NCBI GenBank assembly: GCA_965372795.1
Contig: CBDVDR010000017.1
Location: forward strand, 14,796-78,795
Source of the DNA: an uncultured bacterium
Lineage (GTDB): Bacteria > Zixibacteria > MSB-5A5 > GN15 > FEB-12
DNA length: 64,000 bases
Reading direction: 5' to 3'
Within the stretch, counting starts at the first letter, position 1; the number at the start of each line of letters is the position of its first letter. Positions 19,347 to 29,039 of the stretch are shown here, one piece after another. Made by a program: the position numbers and the translations under genes. The notes below the pieces were generated by a model, which had not been told where the DNA came from, searched no databases, and worked only from the letters and a program-made list of their open reading frames with translations.

Positions 19347-19991
19347 ATGCCGATAATAATAATTATGCATAAGAATATATTATTTCTCTCAATAATTATC
19401 ATTGCAACTATTACTTTAGGCGACAGCCTGTTTGCCGTTGATAGTTATGAGGTTACGAGCACGCCTAATAAAGACACTCAGTTTGACAAAAATACTGCTT
19501 TCTATGAAGGTGACTCGCTCAACTATATTTTCTCTCCCCCGGATGGATTTAAACTGGAGCTTGAGCCGGCGATAAACGATGGTTATTCGTTCGCTTTCAT
19601 TAAAGAAAATGAAAAGTATAGTTCATCAGATGTTACCCTTACGATCAATATATTCAAACTGGAAGCTAACCAGTATAATTTTGATATTGAGGGATATATC
19701 ACCCATGACACCTCATCAATCAAAGATCATTTTGGCACCCATGTCGTTATTGATCAGATAGATTCGATCTTCAATTCCAACGGCAGAGAAATCACAACTT
19801 ACTACATCAACGACAAAACCAGGTTTATTCCGAACGTGATGATTTCTTATTATAATGCCGGTAATGAGTTCTTGATATTCGAACTTGTTATATCGCCGGG
19901 ATATCCCCGTTTTCAGGCTGAGGATGAATATATCGCTATGATCCGCAATTTCAAGACCCTCATTAAAGGCAGTTTTGGCAAAAAGCCATAG
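19347..19991 (+). CDS. Hypothetical secreted protein
   Basis: N-terminal signal-peptide-like segment (true start may be ATG 19365). Confidence 0.65.
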   Translation: MPIIIIMHKNILFLSIIIIATITLGDSLFAVDSYEVTSTPNKDTQFDKNTAFYEGDSLNYIFSPPDGFKLELEPAINDGYSFAFIKENEKYSSSDVTLTINIFKLEANQYNFDIEGYITHDTSSIKDHFGTHVVIDQIDSIFNSNGREITTYYINDKTRFIPNVMISYYNAGNEFLIFELVISPGYPRFQAEDEYIAMIRNFKTLIKGSFGKKP

Positions 19992-20074
19992 TCTCCCCTG
20001 TTTCAGATTTGCAACCTTTCAATAACTTACCCGTATATCTATATTATAAGAGGAAAAAAATGTGAGAGGTAGTT

Positions 20075-20662
20075 ATGAAAAGGTTATCAATCTATTTACT
20101 GATGGGGTTGCTGTTGTTTGCCTTTGTGGGTCCTGTTGAAGGTAAAACCAGCAAGTACAAAAAAAGCAATCGCGACTATGATCGTTATGACAGTAAGACT
20201 TCAATTGACATTGAAGATGGTTCGGTGATCGTTGAGTATGATGATCGTAAAACTTATGACAAAATAGAAATCACCGAGGATTACGAATTATTTATCAATG
20301 ACGATCTGATTGATTGCAACGCCGACCAGACTAAACTGGTCAAAGAATTCCATACCAAGGTTTTTAAGATTAAAAAGTATGCCGTCAATATTGGCTGGGA
20401 GGGTGCGAAAATTGGTGCCGAGGGTGCCAAGCTCGGACTTAAAGCTATTGGTCGGGTTATAAAACTGATCTCGGCTGATTATGATTCGGATGATCTTGAG
20501 CGTGACATGGAACGTGATGCCAAGAAGATTGAGAAGAAAGCTGATAAGCTTGAAAAAAAGGCTGAGATAATTGAGCGTATGGTTGAAGATCTTGACGATC
20601 TCGCCTATGAGATGAAAGAAGAAATCCCGGAACTTGATGAACTCGATTGGTTTTGGTTATAG
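20075..20662 (+). CDS. Secreted DUF2884/YggN-like protein
   Basis: Signal peptide, IEITEDYELFIND..QTKLVKEF segment, long coiled-coil ending IPELDELDWF. Confidence 0.6.
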   Translation: MKRLSIYLLMGLLLFAFVGPVEGKTSKYKKSNRDYDRYDSKTSIDIEDGSVIVEYDDRKTYDKIEITEDYELFINDDLIDCNADQTKLVKEFHTKVFKIKKYAVNIGWEGAKIGAEGAKLGLKAIGRVIKLISADYDSDDLERDMERDAKKIEKKADKLEKKAEIIERMVEDLDDLAYEMKEEIPELDELDWFWL

Positions 20663-20772
20663 CCCACACCCTTCGGGTGTTTTATTTAAATAATTAGATC
20701 AGTTGGTTTGTTTGACAAGTGGTTTAGGTTGATATTTGTGATTAAGGTTTGAATCTTCCACGCAATTTGTCT

Positions 20773-20805
20773 GTAGGCAGGTATCATTGATACCTGCCTT
20801 TTTTT
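20773..20805 (+). terminator. GTAG REP-like hairpin doubling as an intrinsic terminator
   Basis: GTAGGCAGGTATCATTGATACCTGCC followed by a T-run. Confidence 0.65.
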
Positions 20806-20857
20806 ATTGTTAAATTCTCACTTGAATTGTAATAATTGATTACATATACTATTACCA

Positions 20858-21607
20858 ATGCAGAAAAATAATAGTAAAAAATGTATCGGTAGAAATCTAA
20901 ACTTTAAACGATGTAATCGATCAATAAATCGGGGATTCTTTTGCCATGACCATAATAGGCAACCCGTGAGATTCCTATATTCAACAGTTATGTTATTACT
21001 AAGCATTATGGCTTTTTTTTCATATTGTATTCCACCTTCACAAACAATTCAAGTTCAATCAAATCATGAGAGGGATCTTATCATTTGTGATCATTATTCT
21101 TTAGCTCTTAGTTTATTCTTAGCAAGATTTAGATTTAATTTATATATGCTTCCCCTATCAGATCCAATAGAAACTACAATTTTAGAAGCATTTCAACCTG
21201 GAAAAGATTTACTACATACAAAACCAGACTTGGATAAAATAACACCAGATGTGATAAAAATAATCTTTACCACCTATGATTTCTCAACAACTTTATATAA
21301 TTATGAACCAATACAAGGTGGCAGATTACCAACGAATGTCGAAATGCTAAAAGGTGACATAAAAACATTAAATGACAACTGTATAGATATATTGAGTAAG
21401 TATGCAAGTAGCGGCGATCCAAAATTAATTCAATCAATTGAAGTTATGAGAAATAGAACTGATAATTTACTTGGTCCATTTGGCATATCAAATCTTTCAA
21501 AACCCAATAAACACGAAATAGCAGATCTAATAGAATTATTTGAATTATTGCTCTCATCATATAAAACAATTGATGAAATCAAGAGTCGTACAGAAAATAC
21601 TGATTAA
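20858..21607 (+). CDS. Hypothetical protein: N-terminal C-x9-C-x9-C-x2-H zinc-finger-like motif, TM helix, helical C-terminal domain
   Basis: CIGRNLNFKRCNRSINRGFFCHDH followed by a hydrophobic helix; AT-rich. Confidence 0.65.
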   Translation: MQKNNSKKCIGRNLNFKRCNRSINRGFFCHDHNRQPVRFLYSTVMLLLSIMAFFSYCIPPSQTIQVQSNHERDLIICDHYSLALSLFLARFRFNLYMLPLSDPIETTILEAFQPGKDLLHTKPDLDKITPDVIKIIFTTYDFSTTLYNYEPIQGGRLPTNVEMLKGDIKTLNDNCIDILSKYASSGDPKLIQSIEVMRNRTDNLLGPFGISNLSKPNKHEIADLIELFELLLSSYKTIDEIKSRTENTD

Positions 21608-21663
21608 AATGAGATTCTGTGGTCTTGGCAAACGAGGTCGACAGATCCCACTTCCCATCATTA

Positions 21664-22167
21664 CTAAGCTTCAAATAGATTATATTTTTTCATAATTTTA
21701 GCAAATGATTTATCAATATTTGTAAATATTTCTGTAATTTTTTCAAATGCTATAGATTGTGCTCTGTATCCAGCTTCTGATCCATTAAAGCTTGCAAAAG
21801 TCATATTTGTAAAAGGAATAATCAATTTCCTTAAATCTTCTGGTAAATAAAACAAGTTCTTTTCCCAATACTCACGCGCTTCGACAACATCCTCATAAAT
21901 CTTTTTTTTAATTTCATCACTAGCTCCACCAAATGAATTTAATGCTCTATTTATCATGTGAGCAAGATGATAAGATTTAGCCATTATTTTAATCGATTCC
22001 TCTGAAATTATTTTTTCAATTTGAAAGGATCTATCTTTTTCACGATCTGCTATTTCAAGTTCCTTTAATTTTCTTGTATATCGTAATGTATAAATTGGCA
22101 ACCCAAAACCTACGAAGAATGGTAACATTTTTTCAAACGCTTTTAATATTTCTGTAAAGAATTCCAT
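21664..22167 (-). CDS. Hypothetical protein with N-terminal hydrophobic segment
   Basis: 167-aa AT-rich ORF, AAGGA RBS, directly downstream of uvrC. Confidence 0.65.
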   Translation of the reverse strand: MEFFTEILKAFEKMLPFFVGFGLPIYTLRYTRKLKELEIADREKDRSFQIEKIISEESIKIMAKSYHLAHMINRALNSFGGASDEIKKKIYEDVVEAREYWEKNLFYLPEDLRKLIIPFTNMTFASFNGSEAGYRAQSIAFEKITEIFTNIDKSFAKIMKKYNLFEA

Positions 22168-22207
22168 ATTGTTTCCTTTATTATTTTAATTTCCTGCGGT
22201 TTACTCA

Positions 22208-24010
22208 CTACTTCAACCCCTTCAAAATCATCTCCGCTAACTTCTCAGTGATGCCCTTCTCCTGTGAGAGTTCTTCAACCGACAGCTCTTTTATCTTGGC
22301 AACCGACTTATATTTTTTCAACAGCATCTTCCGGCGTGCCGGACCAATCCCCTTAATATCATCAAGTGCCGATTTGATCGTGCGTTTACTCCGCACCTTA
22401 CGATTATACTCAATCGCAAAACGATGCGCCTCATCACGAACCAGCTTTAACAAAATCAACCCCGGTGAAGCCTTACTGATAATCAACGGATCACTCCTGC
22501 CCGGCAGGAAAACTTCCTCTAATCTTTTCGCCAGTCCAATCACGGTTTGATCATGGAACCCCAGATGTTCAAGTTCGGTTTTCGCCGAGGACAACTGCCC
22601 CTTTCCCCCGTCAACCACCAGCAGATCAGGTGGCGTTGTCGATTCTTCTTTGATCCTGAAAAAATATCGTCCGATAATTTCACGCATCATTTTGTAATCA
22701 TCCTGCCCCGTAACACCTTTGATTTTAAAATGACGATACTGGCTTTTTTTCGGTTTCCCATTCTCAAAATAAACACATGACCCGACCGCATCGGTTTCAC
22801 CGGTGTTGGAAATATCAAAACAGACTACCGTCTTGGGTGAACTGTTCAACCCAAGATCGCTTTGAAGTGCAGTGACCATTTTACTGGTACGTTCAGATTG
22901 TTTTTGTTTTTGAATCAGAAGTTCATCAAGCAGAAGTCTTGCATTTTTAGCCGCCAGATCAACCAACTTAACTTTCTGCCCAATTTTAGGTGTAATAAGA
23001 TGAGTCTTTGACTCTTTGAACCATTGTTCATACAATTTTTTATCTGTTACTTCAAGCGGCAGGTAAATCTCTTTCGGCATATTCGGTTGATGATTATAGT
23101 ACTGACTCAAAAACGTATGCAAGATTTCATCATCGGTGTCATCGGTATCGGCATTGATCTGAAAATCCTGCCGTCCAATTAAGATGCCTTCCCTAATCTG
23201 CAAAATAACCGCCACCACATATTTTTCTTCCCGTGCAAAAGCGATCATATCCCGATCAACAATTTCACCGACATCAACTTTCTGTTTTATCATCACCGAT
23301 TCAATAGCTTCGATCTGGTCACGGATTTTACACGCCTCTTCATATTCCATATTGTCAGAGGCAAACTTCATCTTTTCAGCCAGACGTTTGATCAACTCTT
23401 TTGATTTTCCCGAGAGAACCAAAATAACCGAATTAACCAGTTCGGCATATTCCTCCTGACTCTGAAATCCCTCGCAGGGTCCCCCGCAACGATCAATCCG
23501 ATAATCGAGACAGACCTGATATTTTTTACCATCGGGATGAGGAATCATAAACCGGCAGGTTCTGATTCTAAAAAGACGGGTCAGAAATTGCACGGTACGA
23601 CGCATCCCCTTAGAAGATGTGAACGGGCCAAAATATCGGGCGTTGTCCTTTTCAACTTTTCTGACGATTAAAACCTGTGGAAATGGTTCATTGGTTATTT
23701 TTATATATGGGAAATGTTTATCATCGCGTAAATCTACATTGTAGCGGGGCTTATGTTCTTTGATCAGATTCGCTTCAAGAATCAGAGCCTCGACCTCGCT
23801 GTCGGTAACCATCAGTTCAAAATCAGTTACTTTGGCAACCAGTCGCAAAGTTTTTGGATCGTGCCTGGACGGGGATTGGAAATAAGTACGAACGCGGTTT
23901 TTTAGATTTTTAGCTTTCCCGATATATATGATTTTTGCCTGTTTATCTTTGAACAGATAAACACCCGATGAGGTCGGCAGATTTTTTAATTTTAGCTGAA
24001 AATCGGTCAT
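22208..24010 (-). CDS. uvrC: Excinuclease ABC subunit C
   Basis: GIY-YIG (GVY..IIYIGKAKNL), UVR domain, CFDISN, VVDGGKGQL, RDEAHRFA and C-terminal HhH. Confidence 0.97.
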   Translation of the reverse strand: MTDFQLKLKNLPTSSGVYLFKDKQAKIIYIGKAKNLKNRVRTYFQSPSRHDPKTLRLVAKVTDFELMVTDSEVEALILEANLIKEHKPRYNVDLRDDKHFPYIKITNEPFPQVLIVRKVEKDNARYFGPFTSSKGMRRTVQFLTRLFRIRTCRFMIPHPDGKKYQVCLDYRIDRCGGPCEGFQSQEEYAELVNSVILVLSGKSKELIKRLAEKMKFASDNMEYEEACKIRDQIEAIESVMIKQKVDVGEIVDRDMIAFAREEKYVVAVILQIREGILIGRQDFQINADTDDTDDEILHTFLSQYYNHQPNMPKEIYLPLEVTDKKLYEQWFKESKTHLITPKIGQKVKLVDLAAKNARLLLDELLIQKQKQSERTSKMVTALQSDLGLNSSPKTVVCFDISNTGETDAVGSCVYFENGKPKKSQYRHFKIKGVTGQDDYKMMREIIGRYFFRIKEESTTPPDLLVVDGGKGQLSSAKTELEHLGFHDQTVIGLAKRLEEVFLPGRSDPLIISKASPGLILLKLVRDEAHRFAIEYNRKVRSKRTIKSALDDIKGIGPARRKMLLKKYKSVAKIKELSVEELSQEKGITEKLAEMILKGLK

Positions 24011-24031
24011 TGTTTCTGACTTGCTTATATT

Positions 24032-24553
24032 CTAATTCCCAATAACTCTTTTGGCACCGACAAAATATTTCGACCAGTATTTTTCTCTAAGGCTCGATAT
24101 AATAATTCCGTTGGAAGATGAAGCATGGATAAATTTATTATTATCTAAATAGATTCCGACATGGGAAATTTTACTGCTGTTGATTTTGAAAAAAACCAGA
24201 TCACCATAATATAAATTCTTATTCTTAACTTTTTTGCCTATTTGAAATTGATCATTGGCAGAACGGGGAATGTTCGTCTGATTATACTTTTTGAAAACCT
24301 CCGATGTGAACAGCGAACAATCAAGCCCCGGATCAGTTTTAGACCGTCCTTTGTACGGTCGGCCCAAATATCTTTGCAAAATCGACCCAAGCCGCATATT
24401 ATCATTGGTCGTCAGTGATGATAACTGTTTGGATTTGATCGCCCTTGGCTGTTCTTTGGAGGTCGAGCTATATCGGGGTGCACTCTGGCATCCGATGAAC
24501 AGTAATAAACATAAAGCTGCCCCAATAGATATATATAACATATCGCACTCCAA
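24032..24553 (-). CDS. NlpC/P60 family lipoprotein peptidase
   Basis: Lipobox FIGC; GLDCS, GDLVFF, HVGIY and FIHAS. Confidence 0.9.
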   Translation of the reverse strand: MECDMLYISIGAALCLLLFIGCQSAPRYSSTSKEQPRAIKSKQLSSLTTNDNMRLGSILQRYLGRPYKGRSKTDPGLDCSLFTSEVFKKYNQTNIPRSANDQFQIGKKVKNKNLYYGDLVFFKINSSKISHVGIYLDNNKFIHASSSNGIIISSLREKYWSKYFVGAKRVIGN

Positions 24554-24566
24554 ATTTTTGATTTCC

Positions 24567-25478
24567 TCAAGCAGCCTGGGGGTATTTTATCCCAAACCTC
24601 TTCAGGTAATATATACGAGTCAAAAGAAGTAAAACAACTATAAACCCGATGTAGGCGGGAAAATAGAATCCGGCTAAAAGCGTCAGAAGTAAAATCGGAA
24701 GTTTCGTTGCAAACAGGCAGAGCCTGTCTGAACTAATTATCACAGAAGCTAAAATAATCAGACTTGATATGATCGAGATATAAGTAAGCAGCGGGAAATT
24801 TGACCAGTTGGCAACAAATGCCGAGGCAGCCATGAATGCCAGAGCTAAAATTTTTGCCGTGCGAATAGACATGATCGTTGCGATAGTTTTTTTACCTGTC
24901 GCCAGGTCCCCTTCCCGGTCCGGGATTGTGGTCATGACATGAATAGATGCCACCGCCAAAAAGAAATAGAGCGGGCTATCCCAACCTAACAAACCGGCGT
25001 TGTTAATATTTAATTCGGGCATCACCGTATAAGGGATCAACCAGCCAAAAGTAAAAGCATTAACAAACAGTCCGGCAATTGGACGATCTTTGAGTCGCAG
25101 TGGCGGAGCTGAATATAAAACCCCTAACACAAATTGCTGGGCGAAAATCATGAATATCCAAAAACTATAAACCGGAGTGATGGCAAACGGGATAATTGAT
25201 GCAATAAAAAAAGCTTTCCACAAATGACGGGAACGCAGAATTTTCATTTGTAAAAATCCAAGTTTCTTATTTATGCGGTCAGATTCATAATCGTAAATTT
25301 GATTCAAATAATATGCTCCGGCAACAATCAAACTCAGACAGACAATCATTAACAAATTATATATTGAAAAAGAATCGTTTGATAGTTCCAGATGATAATG
25401 CAGACTGACAAGATAAATTGACCAGACCGGCAGATGTAACAGCGGTCGGGCAGCAAAGAACAGATCAAATATTTTCAT
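24567..25478 (-). CDS. UbiA-family intramembrane prenyltransferase
   Basis: NQIYDYESDRINK, YSAPPLRLK and DREGDLATGKKT motifs; multiple TM helices; ATGA overlap with cdsA. Confidence 0.88.
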   Translation of the reverse strand: MKIFDLFFAARPLLHLPVWSIYLVSLHYHLELSNDSFSIYNLLMIVCLSLIVAGAYYLNQIYDYESDRINKKLGFLQMKILRSRHLWKAFFIASIIPFAITPVYSFWIFMIFAQQFVLGVLYSAPPLRLKDRPIAGLFVNAFTFGWLIPYTVMPELNINNAGLLGWDSPLYFFLAVASIHVMTTIPDREGDLATGKKTIATIMSIRTAKILALAFMAASAFVANWSNFPLLTYISIISSLIILASVIISSDRLCLFATKLPILLLTLLAGFYFPAYIGFIVVLLLLTRIYYLKRFGIKYPQAA

Positions 25479-26326
25479 GATAAAAATAATTTAAAGTACA
25501 AAAACAAAAACGGCGCCGCAAACAGAAGCGAATCAAATCTATCCAAAATCCCCCCATGCCCGGGAATAATCCCCGATGAATCTTTGATATTTAACGAGCG
25601 TTTCCACATCGACTCGACCAGATCACCGATTTGCCCGGAAACCGAAGCACCAAACCCGACGATTAAAATATGTATCATCGGCAGATGCTGCAATCGCCAG
25701 AAATATATCACAACCGTCACAACCATCGCACCCACTATCCCCCCGATAAAACCCTCAACCGTTTTGTTCGGTGATACTGCCGGGGCAAGTTTGTGTTTAC
25801 CGAGCCATTTCCCAAACCCCAAAGCCGCCGTATCCCCAGACCAGAGAATTGCAAACAGGAAAAACATAGCATCCCCGCCGTTTATGGACTGGAGATCATT
25901 CCCGACTTTGTAAACAAACGGGTACAACATCCCCAGATATATGACACCCCAGAGCAACCGACTTTGCCTTTTGAACAACTCTGATGGATCGTCTTTACCA
26001 AGAGCATATAATTTGGTGGTGATTACAAAAAACAGAAAAAGCAGTATCAACAGGGCGGTGTTATTATCAGGAATTTGCGATATAAATTGAGTGACTTGAA
26101 TATATCCGGTTGAAATTAATATCGAAAGAATGACGGTCCCGGATGCAAACCAGAAAAAAATATTAGAAAGCGGGAAACCTTCTTTTGTAAAAAATTCATA
26201 ACAACCCAAAGTTGCCAGCAACAGCACCAGCCCCAAAAGCCAGGTACCGCCCTGATAACAAATCCATAAAATTGCGGGGATTGCCACAACAGCGACTGCG
26301 ATTCTGGCAAAGAGATTTTTACTCAT
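25475..26326 (-). CDS. cdsA: Phosphatidate cytidylyltransferase
   Basis: SPNKTVEG and GDLVESMWKR..KDSSGIIPGHGGILDRFDS. Confidence 0.95.
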   Translation of the reverse strand: MSKNLFARIAVAVVAIPAILWICYQGGTWLLGLVLLLATLGCYEFFTKEGFPLSNIFFWFASGTVILSILISTGYIQVTQFISQIPDNNTALLILLFLFFVITTKLYALGKDDPSELFKRQSRLLWGVIYLGMLYPFVYKVGNDLQSINGGDAMFFLFAILWSGDTAALGFGKWLGKHKLAPAVSPNKTVEGFIGGIVGAMVVTVVIYFWRLQHLPMIHILIVGFGASVSGQIGDLVESMWKRSLNIKDSSGIIPGHGGILDRFDSLLFAAPFLFLYFKLFLS

Positions 26327-26339
26327 TAGCTATCCCGGG

Positions 26340-27080
26340 CTACTTCCCAAATCTTCGTTCACGCTTTTGATAATCAGCAACTGCTTTGTAAAGTTCCAAT
26401 TCATTAAAATCAGGCCAGAGGGTGTCTATAATATAAAGCTCGGTATAATTGGTTTGCCATAACAGAAAATTTGACAATCTCATTTCACCGGAGGTACGAA
26501 TCAACAAATCAGGATCAGGAATTCCGGAGGTATACAAAAAACTTGAAAACAACTCTTCATCAATTTCATTCAGATTCACATAACCGGCTTTTACCGAATT
26601 TGAAATCGCTTTCACCGCATCAAGTATTTCTGTCCGACCGCTATAATTCAGAGCCAGATTCAAAACCAGCCCTTTATTGCTTTTGGTTTTTTCAACCGCT
26701 CGAGCCAGTACCTTTTGACGGCTTGATGAAAGTCCTGTTATGCGTCCGGTTGTGATGAGCTTGACATCATTCTTTATCAGTTCATTAAGTTCATTACGGG
26801 TCGTGCGGGATAAGAGCGACATCAACGCCGCCACTTCGGATTTTGGTCGTTTCCAGTTTTCCACCGAAAAAGTATAAAGGGTAAGATATTTCACTCCGAT
26901 ATCAGAGGCTGCCCTGACAACGTCCTTCACAGCCTTTACTCCGGCTTCATGACCAAAAGTACGCGGTTTATCCCTCATCGCAGCCCACCGACCATTGCCA
27001 TCCATTATGATTGCTATATGAGTCGGAATCCGGTCTTTTTGAGCAAAAATGGTGTCTTTTAGTTTGTCAATTTTATCCAT
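26340..27080 (-). CDS. uppS: Undecaprenyl diphosphate synthase (cis-prenyltransferase)
   Basis: HIAIIMDGNGRWA, FSVENWKRP and DLLIRTSGEMRLSNFLLWQ. Confidence 0.97.
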   Translation of the reverse strand: MDKIDKLKDTIFAQKDRIPTHIAIIMDGNGRWAAMRDKPRTFGHEAGVKAVKDVVRAASDIGVKYLTLYTFSVENWKRPKSEVAALMSLLSRTTRNELNELIKNDVKLITTGRITGLSSSRQKVLARAVEKTKSNKGLVLNLALNYSGRTEILDAVKAISNSVKAGYVNLNEIDEELFSSFLYTSGIPDPDLLIRTSGEMRLSNFLLWQTNYTELYIIDTLWPDFNELELYKAVADYQKRERRFGK

Positions 27081-27139
27081 ATCTAATTACCAAATTAAGA
27101 ATTGATCAAAGTGATAGCAAGCTCAATAAAAAAGAGTTT

Positions 27140-27814
27140 TTACCGCAGAATATTAAAGTCGTAAATACTGGTCTCTATACGATAATATTCGGTCGAGAGC
27201 GTTGTCGATTTAGCCCCCACAACCCAAATCGAATCCGGCATCACTATTCCTGAATAGTCCGTAAAACGGAATGATTTGGAATATCGATCATGTAATTTAT
27301 CATGGGGAAAATGCAAAAATAGCCAGTGCATAAAATAATGATTCCGGTCAATAATAGCCAGCCCCACCGGAATTTCGGCAACCGTTGTATCAATATCAAA
27401 ACCGATGGCTAAAAATGTACCGCCGGTGTCATTGGGGTAAAAATTATATTCATATTCAGTATTAAATATATTAGGATAATTCCAATCAATTTCAACTTCC
27501 TTACTTGAATTGACCGAATCCCAGATCAACGAATCAAGGTTGCCATAACTGTAAAATTGGGTTGTGAATGAAGAATCGGTTTTGACAATCACCCCTTTTT
27601 TATTAACCTTTTTATAATAGGACCTGGTCTGAAAAGAAAAATTTAAACCGCTCTCAATCGGATTTCTACTATCTGAAACCGATTTTGCCCGCTCGGTATA
27701 AAATTTTAAAACCGGATCTGTATCATCGGTATCCTCAGGCACCGCAACAGAGTACAACCCCGCTATTAATAAGACAATCGTAATCCATGATGTTTTATAT
27801 ATTTTCACTAACAT
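27140..27814 (-). CDS. Hypothetical secreted protein
   Basis: 224-aa ORF with signal-peptide-like N-terminus. Confidence 0.65.
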   Translation of the reverse strand: MLVKIYKTSWITIVLLIAGLYSVAVPEDTDDTDPVLKFYTERAKSVSDSRNPIESGLNFSFQTRSYYKKVNKKGVIVKTDSSFTTQFYSYGNLDSLIWDSVNSSKEVEIDWNYPNIFNTEYEYNFYPNDTGGTFLAIGFDIDTTVAEIPVGLAIIDRNHYFMHWLFLHFPHDKLHDRYSKSFRFTDYSGIVMPDSIWVVGAKSTTLSTEYYRIETSIYDFNILR

Positions 27815-27921
27815 GTTGATACTATTATACGTATCTATTATACAATTGCCAAGTCAACAATTTTGGCGACATCATAGCTTTAGAATGAATTACATATATA
27901 TAGAATTATAAAGAGGTCTTT

Positions 27922-28362
27922 ATGCATGTTAATGAAGTATTGAATAAAAAAGGGATCAATGTTATTACAGCCGGACTGGATATGAAACTGCGCGAGGCTA
28001 TGAAGATTTTGATTTCCAACAAGATTAGTTGTTTGCCGGTATTGAACAGTTCTGATGATCTGGTTGGAATTATTAGTGATAAAGATATTTTTAAAGCGAT
28101 ATATAACAATGCTGAGGCGATTGATGAGGCGGTGGTTGAAAATCATATGACAACTAATTTGATCGTTGGGTTGATTGATGATGACATTAATTTTATTGCC
28201 GGACTTATGACAAAAAATAAAATCCGCCACATTCCAATTATGGAAAATGATAAATTGTCCGGGGTGCTTTCGGTTGGAGATATTGTCAAGGTCCAGATGA
28301 CTGACATGGAGGTTGAAAATAGATATTTGAAAGATTACATAGACGGCGCCTACCCGGGGTAA
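27922..28362 (+). CDS. CBS-pair domain protein
   Basis: LVGIISDKDI, MTKNKIRHIPI and GVLSVGDIVK. Confidence 0.9.
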   Translation: MHVNEVLNKKGINVITAGLDMKLREAMKILISNKISCLPVLNSSDDLVGIISDKDIFKAIYNNAEAIDEAVVENHMTTNLIVGLIDDDINFIAGLMTKNKIRHIPIMENDKLSGVLSVGDIVKVQMTDMEVENRYLKDYIDGAYPG

Positions 28363-28395
28363 GGATAACAGTGTTAATAAACACACTATATGTTA

Positions 28396-29003
28396 GTGGG
28401 CGGCAGACGCCCTCGTCTGCCCCATCCTTTTGTCATTTCGTGGGCGGCTGACGTCAACCACACTTCGTGTGCTCGTCTGCCCCATTCTCCACGTAGTATG
28501 TTCTTGAGTAGGTTAGTCCGCCAAGGCGGACGCGCTCCTGACAATTTTATATATTATATCGAACAGATTTGAGGGGTAAAATGTTCGATACTAGGAAGGC
28601 AGGATTATTATAGTCCTGCCTTTTTTATATTCTTTGTAGGGCAGGATCCCTGTGATCCTGCCATTTTATATGTTTCTTCGTAGGGCATGTTCTTGAGTAG
28701 GTCAGTGAGCCCCGTGCTCCTGACATCTGTCATTGCGAGCGAAGCGACGCAAGCTCAGTTCGTTGTTTCGTGGGCGGCAAACGTCAACAACACCACGTGT
28801 GCTCGTCTGCCCCACTCTCCGTAGGGAACTGGCATGCCTGTTCCACCCCAAAAAACACACAACGTGTGTCATTGCGAGCCATGCGACGTAATCTCAATTT
28901 TGATATTGTATTGTAATAATTGTCATTCCCACGAAGGCGGAAATCCAGTATTTTCCTTTAGTCCCGTAGGGTATGGTCTCTCTTGACTTCGAGACCTGAT
29001 CTG
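28396..29003 (+). repeat. Mosaic cluster of about 12 co-oriented palindromic (REP-like) elements of several families
   Basis: GTGGGCGGC..GTCTGCCCC at 28396, 28440, 28770; GTAG elements at 28508, 28636, 28697, 28821, 28966; GGCAGGA..TCCTGCC at 28598; TGTCATTGCGAGC at 28728, 28867; TGTCATTCCC..AATCCAG at 28921. Confidence 0.85.
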
Positions 29004-29039
29004 TCAGCAGAAAATTTCGAATATAATTCTTAAGTAGTC

